A DNA stretch of 63,340 bases, counting the filler, from Octopus bimaculoides (taxonomy: Eukaryota): the NCBI RefSeq assembly GCF_001194135.2. It is 8 parts of 7 records of this genome, joined end to end, with 100 filler letters (N's around TTAATTAATTAA, not from the genome) between each part and the next. Parts side by side here need not be neighbours in the genome. Positions count along the whole stretch, not along the records: positions 8,049 to 15,190 come from NC_069000.1; positions 15,291 to 24,436 come from NC_068997.1; positions 24,537 to 49,420 come from NC_068990.1; 5 more parts are not named here. One strand, given 5' to 3'. The notes under the pieces are model-generated. The model was not told where the DNA came from. It was given only the letters and a program-made list of their open reading frames with translations, and ran no database searches. Shown piece by piece: positions 12,226 to 25,399 of this stretch. Both the position numbers and the translations under genes were made by a program. Within the stretch, counting starts at the first letter, position 1. The number at the start of each line of letters is the position of its first letter.

Positions 12226-12239
12226 GTCATGTGACGTCA
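12226..12239. promoter_or_regulatory. Overlapping M-box/CLEAR-like E-box and full CRE (GTCATGTGACGTCA)
   Basis: GTCATGTGAC (12226-12235) overlaps the palindrome TGACGTCA (12232-12239), about 1 kb into the intron. Confidence 0.35.
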
Positions 12240-12421
12240 GAGTAATCTTAATGCTATCTACTCCCTCGTACGAATAGTCCCACAATCCTTTATTTCTCCT
12301 TCTTTCGTTTTTCTCCTCTCTTTTTTTCTTTTCCTATTTTTTTTCTTTTACTACCTTCTCGCCCCGTCTTCATTTTGTTTCATATTCTGTATCGATTTTA
12401 CCCCCAAGGTTTTTAAACTTC

Positions 12422-12470
<49 letters not shown>

Positions 12471-12825
12471 GCACCTACGCACCTACACACGCACAACTCG
12501 ATCAATGCATATTTTGAAATAGTATGGTTCCTACTTGAAACGCACATACACACACACACACACACATACACGCACACACAACCAGATTCACATACACATG
12601 CACATACAAAGGCACACACGCACACACATGCAGGCACACATACACACGCACATAGACTCGAGTGTTTGTTGTCAGAAGAATGATTGCTATATTTAGTATC
12701 AGCAATCAGTGTCTCCCCCATGCTATAAACTATTTTTAGCGTGGAGCGGAATCTCACCGACACGTCATCTCTGTCGCCAGTGCTATTACGTCATAGATCC
12801 CCCCCCCCGCCAGATTCCTTCGGAG

Positions 12826-13270
12826 GCCACCACAACGAACATCACCAACAGTAACAACGACTCTAACTTTCATGTGTTAATGAGGGTGCCTCTAAGTTGT
12901 CGCACAATCTGCACGAAATGGCAGCCACATCGTCCTTGGTTTAACGTCTAGGTTTAACATGGTACTCCTAGATACACAATGACAGGATAAGGGTGACCTA
13001 TCATGTCGTTGGTCATATGTATGTTCAGTCAGAGCAGACCTGCGTCACCACCACCACCACCAACATCAACAACAACACTAACTTTCACTTGTTAACGAGG
13101 AAGCCTCTACGTGGTCGAACAATCTGCGCGAAATCGCAACCAGATCACCATAACGTCTAGGGTTAACACTACTCCTAGATACACGATGACTGGATAAGGG
13201 TGACTGATCATGTTTTTGGTCGTAGGTGTTCTCAGACAAGGCAGACCTGGGGCCAAACAACAACAACAAC
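12826..13270 (-). repeat. Two tandem diverged copies of a ~215-bp dispersed module
   Basis: CTAACTTTCA...AACGTCTAGG.TTAAC...CTCCTAGATACAC.ATGAC.GGATAAGGGTGAC...GCAGACCTG occurs twice, separated by CAC/AAC repeats. Confidence 0.8.
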
Positions 13271-14780
13271 AATTAATTACAGCACTATGTTTTATATCAG
13301 CTTCCAATTTATCAACACCATGACCACCACTTTTGAAACTACTAAAGGGGCGAGGACGCGGTGTACTTCGAGCGCCGTTTTTATGGAAGGGCGGCATTTT
13401 AGGGTCTGCTGTAAAAGCATATATAGGTTGAAGGGTTACTCTGAGTAACACACACTCTAGTCATACCACTGGCAAAAGCAAACTACACCATCACCAACAT
13501 AAGTTTATAAAACTCTCTCCGCACTGAAATCGCTTTTAACACCGCGAAAGACCCTCCACTGCCACATCTAGAAATAGGGACACGATATGGAGAAACACCA
13601 CAGCATCATCACCAGCAGCAACAGGACACCATCGCCTGAAGCCTCGAAGCTACCATCACTTCTCTGTTGTTGTAGTTTGTTAATGAATCAGCGAGGTTTT
13701 CCCCATTACAACCGGCTGGCGGACTTCCTATTGCGATCGATATAGATCGCGCTAGATTTATACAGATACTATCACTGCACTAACCCACGCCTTTCTCGTA
13801 GTAGAAGATATCTTATACGTAGGAAAAAACTCACTTCAACCAGATGTTTTGTACACTGCAGCCAACTGCTCAATATACACACACATACACACACGTTTAT
13901 ATATTTCATAAATGTATATGTGTGCGCGTACGTGTGTTTACATGCGCATTTAAGAATTCTTTGACGATTTTGTCGATTTGTTTTTGTAGTTAGTTTGTGG
14001 CTTGTGCAGTCACTACCACTACGACTGATATTATTTGTGTAACAGTCGCGCCAATTTCTAACAAAGGGATTCCCAAACATGTACAGATAATAATAGACGA
14101 GGGAACCTGCGGTGCGGAAGGGCGCTTGAGATTTATAGAAATCGCTTTGATTTTTCAACTAATCACTGCTAACAACACGCAACTTTCGGGTGTATAAAAT
14201 GCGTAGAGAACCTTCTATCTCTTTCTCTTAATGAACATAATGTTGCAGACATGCTGACAATCAAAAGCATATTTTGTGCAAAGCGGTCGTGCCGCCCTAA
14301 AACTGTACCTAGAATTAAAATTAATTGCAAGAAAGAGGCAAACTTCTCCACGGCGTTAAAAATGTAACATCAAATTAGATTAATATCTTAGAAATACTGT
14401 ACGGTGAATGAACAGACAATCAGTTAGCAAGATCCAGTAGCTGTGTGGCATTTTATCATATTAACCCCGGAAGGATCAAAGGATGATTTAATTGGCTACT
14501 TGGGGATTAAAAAGCACTGCTTTTTGTTTATGTCATTTAACTTAGCAACTCGACAAATGAAGGCCAACAAGACAAGTACCAGAATAAAACTAACTATTGG
14601 AATTGATGTGATCGATTAAAACCTTTCAAAGAATTGCTCCATTTTGGTCGCAGTCCAGTGACTGGGACGAGAGAAACAGTAAAAGAAGTATGAGTGTGTG
14701 CATATGCATATGGGCGTGCGCATTATACATATGTATATATATACACGCATATACCTATATATACTTATATACCTTTATGC

Positions 14781-14814
<34 letters not shown>

Positions 14815-15153
14815 CCGATCGCCGGATAACGTCAGAGTATAGAAAAACTTTATATATCTTTAATCGAAGATGTCTATCGGTGCGATGTATTAGTAGTGTA
14901 ATCTCTTGTTATGATTTTGACGGCAATGAATGTGCACAGACATGTGCATCTGCAGAAGCAAAGATGCGTACAGTTGACTATATGAATGAAGAGGAGTGTT
15001 GGATAAGATATTGAAGGCAACAGTAGTATGTAGTAGTAACCGACAGCAACTATCAGATCACAAAAATAGACGGCGGTAAAAGCACGAACAACCTGTTACG
15101 TATCCAGTTGACAGAGCGCTATACAACAGCACCAACAATAACCACGGAAGTAT

Positions 15154-15190
<37 letters not shown>

Positions 15191-15667
15191 NNNNNNNNNN
15201 NNNNNNNNNNNNNNNNNNNNNNNNNNNNNNNNNNTTAATTAATTAANNNNNNNNNNNNNNNNNNNNNNNNNNNNNNNNNNNNNNNNNNNNATATATATAT
15301 ATATATATAGGCGCAGGCGTGCCACATGTTTTTAGGCCGTTTCAGGGCGTAGCACATGGGACAAGTGTCATCTATATAAACTCAGCCTGACGAAAGCCTT
15401 GTAAGTGGATTTGGTAGACGGAAACTGAATGAAATATATCTATTTCCGATGATGGCTTAGATGGCCGAAAATTCGAAGTCACTGTTACTTGTTTAAGAAT
15501 AACAATTTTGTACTCAACAAACGTATAGAGTGGCCTTTCAGTTTATTGTAAAATTTATTATTAAAACAACATAAATGCAAATAAGCAAATGTAAAACGTA
15601 TATGTATGTATGTTTGTACGTTTGTGTATGTATGTGTTTGTGTTTGTGTGTATACATGTACTTATGC

Positions 15668-15711
<44 letters not shown>

Positions 15712-16155
15712 CAAATCATGGATATGTACATATATGTGCGTGTGATGTCTGATCAATTGTGGGATTGAAATGGCTTCGGTTATTCCCAGCAATAGTAAAA
15801 GACACGAGTCAAAGATGTTATGCGAGGGCACAAGAGCAAACCACGTGGTTTGTTGCAAAATGAAGTTCTTCACCAAACCGCTATGCTTTCAAATATCTTT
15901 AAGTATGAAAATAACGTCACTTAGGATATGAGACCCGTTTCCTTCGTATAAGATTTTAGCTGGTTGTCAGATTTATTCATGTGGTTAAAGATCATTTTGA
16001 ATTTCACACGAAGTTTGCACTTCATAATAGACATAGAGTATACCGACTAATATGCCGGTGTATGAGTGTAAGAGTGTTTAGATTTGTGTGTGCGTATATA
16101 TCTGTATAAATATGTTCGTGTTTGTACGAGTGTGTGTGTACATGTGTGTGTATAA

Positions 16156-16232
<77 letters not shown>

Positions 16233-16234
<2 letters not shown>

Positions 16235-16456
16235 GTAATCACTCGCCATATCGCGGTTCATCTATCGCGGTTTATTATTTTAGTTTATGTCGATTCCTCT
16301 GTGGTGTTGTTTTGTATTTATGATAAAATAGATATATACAAATTATAAATATAATTTTTTTAAATGTACAATGCACTACTGCTTGTACTTCGCAGATTTG
16401 TCACCTATCGCGGGGCGTTTTGGAGCGTAACACCCGCGATAATCGAGGGATTACTC
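16233..16456. mobile_element. pogo/Tigger-like MITE (224 bp)
   Basis: Left CAGTAATCACTCGCCATATCGCGG, right CCGCGATAATCGAGGGATTACTC followed by TA; these are imperfect TIRs. Confidence 0.7.
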
Positions 16457-17173
16457 TATATATAGAAACACGGATATATAATTACATACATGAATACAAT
16501 CAGATAAATGCAAGTGTTTATGTATAAAAAAAAAACAATTAAGCATATACATGTCTGTCATATCTACCAATCTATCTATCTATTGATCTATACATGCATA
16601 TATATGTAAACACACACACACACACTCATGAGTAGTTAGGCGTTGATACACGTGTTTCGGCGAGTGTGTGTGTATGTATGTGTGAGTGTCTGTCTGTTCT
16701 AAGGAGTGTGTGTAATTTTGAGTGAAATATAATACGTACGCACAATAAACTACGCATACACACGCATACACAAGCAAAAACACACTCATACCTGATTTCT
16801 CTAATAATAAGCCTAACTATGCAGTTGTATAAGTCAAGACAAGTACACTCATATAAACAAATGTATAATATGTGAGCGTATTGTGTATATGTTGCACAGG
16901 AGCGAGTGATAAGTTAGCAGGAACTACTTTCATATACTGGCAGGCGTTTGGATATGTATCACAACGCGGCCTCATTACAGAATTTGTTTTGATATAAATA
17001 AATAAGCATGATAGGAAGGACATACACAAAAAAGTAGATAAAATTCACACGTACAGGTACACACACAAACACACACACGCACAGACAAACACACACACAC
17101 ATACACACACATACATAAGTAGATATATAGAATGCTATATATATACATTTATGAAGAGAGATATACATGCAAG

Positions 17174-17244
<71 letters not shown>

Positions 17245-17794
17245 CTATGCACACACATACGCACATAGGCTGTATGTTACGTGTGCGATATGTTCTGTGT
17301 TTTGCTTGTTAACTTTTTTCAGTTGTTAGCCTGCAGCCATGGTGAATCGTCTTGAACTGTTGTTTAGTCAAAGTAATCGAGCCTTATATCTATATTTGAT
17401 TACTGTTTCGTACATATTCAATCGAGCTCTTTTGCCGAACTGTTAGATTACGGGGTAGACACGCAATGCTACCACCTTTCAAAAAAATGTGATGATCTAC
17501 ACAAAGACTCAAAGCCATGTACATATTCATGCGTACATGACACACATAGTATACGTTGGTCATTCATTTTCTTGAATTATTATTGATATAAAAAACGGTC
17601 GTCAATCAGGATGCTTTTTTCTTTGAAATATTACTTCTCTTATTACTCACACGTAGTCCAACTTCAGGCTAGGTCAAGACAACCGTTCAAATTTCATTAT
17701 AAACCAGGCATATTTTTATGTAGATTTAAACACATTCGGAAACTGACTAACAATTTCATTTTTCAGTTCTCTATTTAAGAGATGAGGAATTATG

Positions 17795-18511
17795 GGATCT
17801 TGTTCAAAACGGGGGCACCAGTTTCTTATGGGTTCTTGTTCAAAACGGAGGGACCAGTTTTCACTTATGTTTTATGTACTGTTTTTGGTACCGAAATACT
17901 TTCAAACTTCGTATACTTATCTATTTTGTATTATAGAACAGAAAAAAATGTTTGTATTCGAATTTATTTCATGTAAAAAATTGTCTTATTTCGATAATTT
18001 CAACCAATCACTGAAAAGTATTCAGCTGTTTATACTTACTCCTTTGGCAGTTTAAGCGGTGTAAAGCGTATTTAATCTCCATTACTTCTGACATTTTGCA
18101 GAGAGGCAACACACGTGTGTTCGTTTTCCCTAACCCTAACCCTAACCCTAATTGACTTGCTCCTTCCCTCAAAAACCAGGCCTTGTGCCTATAACAGAAA
18201 GGTTTATTAGCTACTGCCAATATGCTTCAGCCATTTTTTGACAAGGAAAAAATAATTTTATCACCGCCAGAATCGTTTGAGAATCGTTTGTTTACGTAGT
18301 CAGCACTTAATGAATTCGGCTGAATGGACGTCAGTCATTGGTTGAAATTACAGAAATACGACAACTTTAACATGAAATAACTTGCGAAGTACGTTTTTTT
18401 GTTAAGAAGACTAAGAGAAAAAGATGTTTTATATGACACATTCTACCAGTGTCCCAAGTTTCAAAGTGTTTCGTTAAGAAAATACTGGTGCCCCCGTTTT
18501 GAACAAGATCC
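17795..18511. mobile_element. Non-autonomous DNA transposon, 28-bp perfect TIRs and 8-bp TSD
   Basis: TIR GGATCTTGTTCAAAACGGGGGCACCAGT at 17795-17822 and its exact complement at 18484-18511. GAATTATG is duplicated at 17787-17794 and 18512-18519. Confidence 0.9.
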
Positions 18512-18643
18512 GAATTATGTATATTATTTACATTCGACACGAGGAGATATTGATAAATTAAGTACCAGTGAAACAGTGGGGTCGATGTAATCGACTATCC
18601 CCCTTCCCCAAATTTCATGCCTTGTACCTATAGTAGAAAGGAC

Positions 18644-18697
<54 letters not shown>

Positions 18698-18742
18698 CAT
18701 CATTATTGTTGTTGTTATTATTCTTATTGCTATTATTGCAGC

Positions 18743-18957
18743 TTAGACGGTGAGCCGGCAGAATCGTTAGCACGCCGGGCGAAATGCGTAGCGGTATTTC
18801 GTCTGTCTTCAAGTTTTTAGCTTAAATGCCGCCGAGGTCAACTTTGCCTTTCATTCTTTCGGGGTCGATAAATGAAGTACCAGTTATGCACTGGTGTCGA
18901 TGTAATCGACTGGTCCTCTTCCCCCAAATTTCAGGCCTTGTGCCAAGAGTAGAAAGG

Positions 18958-18990
<33 letters not shown>
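18743..18990 (+). mobile_element. SINE family 2, full copy with (ATT)n tail
   Basis: tRNA-like head and tail GGCCTTGTGCCAAGAGTAGAAAGGATTATT. An additional 3'-only copy lies at about 18550-18720. Confidence 0.85.
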
Positions 18991-18991
<1 letters not shown>

Positions 18992-19340
18992 GTCTTTGCA
19001 CAGCTTCCAACGCTGGAGATGTACTACGGTGTCAGCTATTCACTACCATTGAGTATTCGAGCGGTTCCAAGCAGTGTTGTTTTCTGCAAGTGCTCCGCTC
19101 TATTATTATTGTAGTTCAGTGGTAAGAAGTTTCCTCAGATCTCGAGTTTCTTTCATAAGATTCTTGCAGGACAAGGGATTGCACTCCTTTCTGCAGATTG
19201 ATAATAAGAATCTCACTTCTTCCTATGTCCTCCATGTCTTAGGTAGCAGTTTGGTTGTTGTAGAAGATTCACCAATTTCCATTGGAATCATTGATGGCTT
19301 GCACTTCCACAATCTTTTCATCTATATAGTTTGATATTGA
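18991..19340 (-). mobile_element. Two tandem R4/Dong-like (RLE) non-LTR 3' ends
   Basis: The minus strand reads RLWKCKPSMIPMEIG...IGRSEILIINLQKGV, then a UTR ending in (TAA)3 at 19101-19110. It continues AEHLQKTTLLGTARIL, then a UTR ending in (TAA)n at 18990. Confidence 0.65.
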
Positions 19341-19699
19341 TAGTAGAAAATGTTTGATTTAGGTCACCATGTAACATTCTTTCAATTGTATATCACTTTA
19401 AGAAGGTATTATAAACAAACAAACAAAAAAACAGCACAAAACTTGTTTTATTTGACAAAAAAAACTGTGAGGTGTGAATTGTATCGCTTAATCAATTTCA
19501 AAAAAAAAAAAATGAAAAGTCATCTATGCATTGTATTGACGTTGGCAATCAGAGGTTCATTTCTGTAGCCAAGTGGTTATAAGCGTACATGATTTTATGT
19601 GTGTTTATATGTGTCATTGTATGTGTGTAAAGGAAATATATATATATAGTTGATTCCTTGATTGCTCGTAGTATTAATGAAGCAATCAATTACTTAAAT

Positions 19700-20045
19700 G
19701 CTTAACTTGTTTTGGGCAAATATCTTTTACTATAGCCTCGGGCCGACCAAAGCCTTGCGAGGAGATCTAGTAGACGGAAACTGAAAGAATCCCGTCGTAT
19801 ACAAACACACACATATATATATATATGTATGTACTTGTGTCTCTGTTTGTCCCCACCCACCACCATCACCATAGCTTGACAACCAATGTTGATGTGTTTA
19901 CGTCCACGTCACTTAGCGGCTAGGCAAAACAGATCGATAGAATAAGGCCTAGACTTACAAAGAAAAAGGTTTGTGATCGATTTGTTCGACTAGAGGCAGT
20001 GCTCCAGCATGGCCGCAGTCAAATGACTGAAAATAGTAAAAAAGC
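19700..20045 (+). mobile_element. SINE family 1, 5'-truncated
   Basis: TTGGGCAAAT...CTATAGCCTCGGGCCGACCAAAGCC...GTGCTCCAGCATGGCCGCAGTCAAATGACTGAAA. Confidence 0.85.
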
Positions 20046-20271
20046 AGGACATATATACATGTATATACATGCATACATATATACACATATATACACATAT
20101 ATAGCTATATATGCACACACACACACAAACACACACATATATATACACTTATTTATATGTATAAATATATATACACACGCATATACATATAATATATATA
20201 CACATATGCATATATATATATATATACATATATACAAGGCACAGNNNNNNNNNNTACATACATACATATAC

Positions 20272-20312
<41 letters not shown>

Positions 20313-20700
20313 CAAACATATTTATACATGTCTACAGATACATGCAAGCGTATGTCTATGAGTATGCATACGGCTGAGATTATATTGGACAAAGGTGTGT
20401 TGAGGAGTGTATTTACACTATACGCGGATATATGCTAAGGTGGTGCCTTTTAGTAGGAGACGCTCTGATTAACATTCACGAATATGATACACGTGGGAAT
20501 GGCATGCCAATCACAACATCCAGGTGTGAATCAGTCCGATACCAGGTGTAGATTGTTTCCAAGGGCAATTTCCTAATTGAAATATATAATATTCATCCGC
20601 GCACCTAACTCTGCAATCGAAATATGTAATCACACAAAAATGCATGCACTTATTATACCCAAAGAAATATCAGTTAGCGATTATTCGTGCACTCTCTCTC

Positions 20701-20762
<62 letters not shown>

Positions 20763-20780
20763 NNNNNNNNNNNNCTCTCG

Positions 20781-20823
<43 letters not shown>

Positions 20824-21309
20824 TTGAATATTACTATCTATTTATCTATCTATCTATTTATCTCTCTCTCTCTCTCTCGCTCTCTCTCTCCCTCTCTCTT
20901 GCTCTCTATCTATCTATCTATGTATTTAACTCACTGATTTTCTCTACTCACTAATGCACACTCAGAGACACAGACAGACAGACACAGATACAAACATACA
21001 CAAACTCACACAAACTCACTCACACACACACACACACACATATGTATGGGTAGAACACATGTTATGCTTACAGATGTGTCTCCACGTCTCATGGTCAGCC
21101 ATCAGCATTGTTTATTCAAAGGATCATTTTATAAACGAACTAGATGAATTACGGCGTTGCACCTCAGGGTAAGCAATTTTCATTGTGTAATGTTTCGTTG
21201 GTTCCCAAATGAATAAATTGTTGCTTCTTCCAACTCGTGAGCATCTATCATAGAATTGGTCATGAGAGAATCATGTAGTAGAGAGATGAAGTTCAACTAA
21301 ATTGAGAGA

Positions 21310-21790
21310 CTAATCCTGAATTTTGTTAATTGAAATAACAAAACATATTTTGACAGGAAACTGAAGCCTCTTAAATTCAAATGGAACATCCGTAGGTAAG
21401 AGAGGAAATTTTGGAATAAAGACGTTTTCTTCTTTGTGACTACCTGTTATGATTGTTGCCTGTAAGACATGAGGATTCATGGAAGTAACAATTAAGCGAG
21501 TTCCAATACATAGCCGAGGTGGTTCAAGATTCCTAAGCAAAATAATGGTAGCATCCACCTTTAGCGTCAAGTTAATCAGTGGCATCCCAGTGTGTTTTAA
21601 ATGTGTTCAGAAATTCAACAGGGTGCTACTGAACCGCTTGATCTTGATCGACTGTTTTGTGAATTGATGGAAAAGTAATTTCTAATGTAGCTGTTAACTT
21701 TTGAAGTTCATGATTGAGTTTATCAACCATTTCATTAGTTGGAACCAGTGTTGCTCTTTCACATAGCCAGTTTACATCAGTGTAATTGAG
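21310..21790 (-). mobile_element. Helitron RepHel PIF1-helicase fragment
   Basis: WLCERATLVPTNEMVDKLN...DQDQAVQ, then MPLINLTLKVDATIILLRNLEPPRLCIGTRLIV...FKRLQFPVKICFVISINK: Helitron helicase motifs, frameshifted. A HINE-like 5' end on the same strand lies at about 22150-22290. Confidence 0.9.
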
Positions 21791-22922
21791 AATCACACAT
21801 AGACTTACACACACATTAAATCTCACATACACTGACACACATACCCAGTGACATACACTAACATACATATACAAAAGCAAACACACACAGACATGCATTT
21901 ACGTAATGAACGCACAAACACATACACACGCACAGACACATGTACACTCACAAAATGTGCCGACGTCGTCGTGGTATAAAATGTTCTTTATTATATCGTA
22001 CGTAACAAACGTGCAAACACACTCACACTGACAGATACAAACTCATACACAAAATGTGACGTTGTCGTCTTGGTATAAAATGTCGTTTACTATGGTTGAC
22101 TATAGAAAGATTATTTCCGAGAAAATATTATATTGTATTGATCCAAACGAAAATAGAAAATTGCATGTTGACATACGCGGGGTGTAATACTATTACCATG
22201 CAAAGTTTGATTTGATTTTGTTGAGCCGTTTAAGAATGCATAGAGAACAGACAGATGGACAGAGAGACAAATAATTTTATATAGAGAGAGAAATATTTAG
22301 ATATCATTAGCAGATTTACCTGCTTCAAGAATCACTAAAATAATCAATTAAAAGTATATGTATTTATGTGTGTATGTATGAATGTATGTATGTACATACA
22401 TGTGTACACACACACATATATATGCATATGCGTGTCTCCCTTCATCGTAACCCCTCCCTCGTAACCCCACCCCCACACAATCCAACCACACCTTCTCTAT
22501 CCATCCTATTTCACCCAACCGCATCCTTACACCTAATCTTACATACGCCACCTCTACCCCCACCCTCAGGCTACCCATATAACCCACCTCTACCCCACAT
22601 CCCAACACCATCACACCACACCACTACACCATGCACCACCATACACAAAATCACATCACAACAAACACACTAGCACTGACCACTTCCCAGCCCCACATCT
22701 ACACACCTACACATACACACACGCACACATCAAGGTCACCAGGCCTCTTCCCCACTCATGCTCTCTTATACACACGCACACGCACCTTCGTTTTGGGATC
22801 ATCATTACTTTATTTTCTCCCCTACCTAGCTCTCCTGCGTGACCCCTCTGTCCGCCATTCGCCATGATAGATCACTAGCCACTACACATTTTTTATTTTC
22901 TCTCCGTATTTCTTTCTGTGTT

Positions 22923-22960
22923 TCTTTCTATGGAAGAGCCTAGGCTCGAAACGTTAAAGA
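22923..22960 (+). ncRNA. Minimal type I hammerhead-like motif with degenerate core
   Basis: TCTTT-CTATGGA-A-GAGCC-TA-GGCTC-GAAACGTT-AAAGA: stems I and II pair perfectly and stem III is palindromic. The core departs from CUGANGA. Confidence 0.4.
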
Positions 22961-23079
22961 CTTTTTCACTTCCTGTGCGTTAAACTATTACACCTGTTTG
23001 TTGTCTACAGCACCTGTCTTCGTGTTTGTTTGTGTGTGAATTCTCCGTATATATATATTGTGTGTGTGTGTGTGTGTAT

Positions 23080-23368
23080 TATTATTATTATTATTATTAT
23101 GCGCCCTTTTTCAAGTCTAGTCAGGCTCATGGCCCAGGTTTCCCGGTTTCTAAGGCGTATGAGTCCCCCCCCCCCAAGCTGCACGGGACGCCAGTCCATC
23201 GCTGCGTTACTCAAGAAACAGCGAGAGAAAGTTGCGGCGAAATAATACAATAGGGGTCGCCACCAACCTTTGCCGGAGCCTCGTGGAGCTTTTAGATGTT
23301 TTCGCTCAATAAACACACATAACGCCCGGTCTGGGAATCGAAACTGTGATACTAACCACTGGGCCATT
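23080..23368 (-). mobile_element. tRNA-derived SINE (TAA tail)
   Basis: Minus-strand ATGGCCCAGTGGTTAG...TTCGATTCCCAGACC head and (TAA)n tail near 23080-23100. Confidence 0.6.
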
Positions 23369-24536
23369 NNNNNNNNNNNNNNNNNNNNNNNNNNNNNNNN
23401 NNNNNNNNNNNNNNNNNNNNNNNNNNNNNNNNNNNNNNNNNNNNNNNNNNNNNNNNNNNNNNNNNNNNNNNNNNNNNNNNNNNNNNNNNNNNNNNNNNNN
23501 NNNNNNNNNNNNNNNNNNNNNNNNNNNNNNNNNNNNNNNNNNNNNNNNNNNNNNNNNNNNNNNNNNNNNNNNNNNNNNNNNNNNNNNNNNNNNNNNNNNN
23601 NNNNNNNNNNNNNNNNNNNNNNNNNNNNNNNNNNNNNNNNNATATATATGCGTGCATAGATGACATGGATTCAAGTGCAAAAAGTACAAAACTTAATTGT
23701 AGAAATACAACACTATTAGAAATTATGTTCCCACAGATATACAAATATAAATATACATGTGTGTGTTTGTTTGTTTGTCTTCTGTGTGTGTGTATGTGTT
23801 TGTGTGTGTGCGTACATTCACACATACGTAGACGCATAGATATGTGTGTATGCACATACATACACACACGGATATGCATGTACAAATACATGTGGATATC
23901 CGTCTATCCTAGCATATGTGGCGTGTATGTGTAAGACTACTTTTGTTTATGAATCTATTTAAACATGTAAAGCTATAGTTAACATTTAATTTCATTCAAC
24001 GGGGTTGTTTCGACATATGCATATAATGAACTCTTGCATTTCTTATAAACATATTCTTTGGATGTATAGCATATATACGCTTATAGATGTTTTTAAATGT
24101 AAGCATTCGTGTGGATAACATAATGCTTTCCTAACCACGTGGTTCCGGTTTAGATCAAGTTGCCGGGCATATTTGGCAAATATCTTCTGCGTTAGACGCG
24201 CCTCGAATAATATATCCTGAATGAAATTCGAAAAGAACACTCAGTACACACACACACACACACACGCACACACACACACACACACACACACGGACACGCA
24301 CACGCACACACACAAATATATAGAAATTCAAGTGCGCATATACCTACAAATAGACGAATACGCACACACATATGTCTCTGTGTATATAAGGATGTATGTA
24401 TCTGTATGTAGTGTGTAGATCTCTATCTACTTTTATNNNNNNNNNNNNNNNNNNNNNNNNNNNNNNNNNNNNNNNNNNNNTTAATTAATTAANNNNNNNN
24501 NNNNNNNNNNNNNNNNNNNNNNNNNNNNNNNNNNNN

Positions 24537-24596
<60 letters not shown>

Positions 24597-25125
24597 GACA
24601 ACCAGACAGATACACAAACATTTTATCTTCAGCTACGTCACTAGAATATTATAAATGAATTTTAATGTGTTTGTGAGAATGTGAGTTTGTGGAGTGACTT
24701 AAGAGTCTAGATTTTTGCATCAGAGCACTTGTCAAGCTGAATAAAATTCGAACGTTACACAAAATTTGTTGAAGAAATATTTATTTTCGAAAAAGCGTTA
24801 AAATATTATGCGGCGACAGAAAAGTTTTAATTTTCTGACTTTTGGAGAAATAATCTATTTTAACTAGTTGATAGTAAGACATAGCGATGGTAGTGTCTGC
24901 ATGAATTCACTGATTCTGGTTTTATGTTCAAATTGTAAAATGCTGTAATAGTGTTGTATTTCTAAGAGAAACAAAGATCACACACGTTGGAACCAGTAAT
25001 TGCAGGGTTACTTTTACAATTTACCAGTAGATTTTATAATTGTTAATATTACCATACTTTAAGTTCTAGATTATTCAGATTATTATCATACTTTAAGTTC
25101 TAGATTATTCAGATAGTTGTTCTGT

Positions 25126-25206
25126 TTTTCTAAAATTGAGTTTGTACGCGCTTATAACCAGATTCCCATAGAACCTGCTGGTGTTCCTAAAACTGCTATA
25201 ACTACT
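25126..25206 (+). mobile_element. Ty3/gypsy reverse transcriptase sliver
   Basis: FSKIEFVRAYNQIPIEPAGVPKTAITT matches the gypsy RT motif FSKIDL..AY.QIP......KTA.TT. Confidence 0.75.
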
Positions 25207-25399
25207 TATTTAATAGGGTTTATTAAAATCGCGGCAACATTGAAACAAACATTTAAACTATATGGTATACCACAAAAAAATTCGTTTCTTATTTTTACGT
25301 TTATGAGTACTAATGTTAGTTTGTATGCAATGTGTGTTTTAAATCAATGTCTTTTAATACATCATTGTAATAATAAGATTCACATTTAAAAGATTCTAC

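Noticed and set aside
21074-21168. Exon-like segment (TTACAG|...CAGG|GTAAGC)
   Set aside because: As exon 2 of the GTPase it must start in phase 1, which hits a TGA, and no frame shows GTPase motifs.
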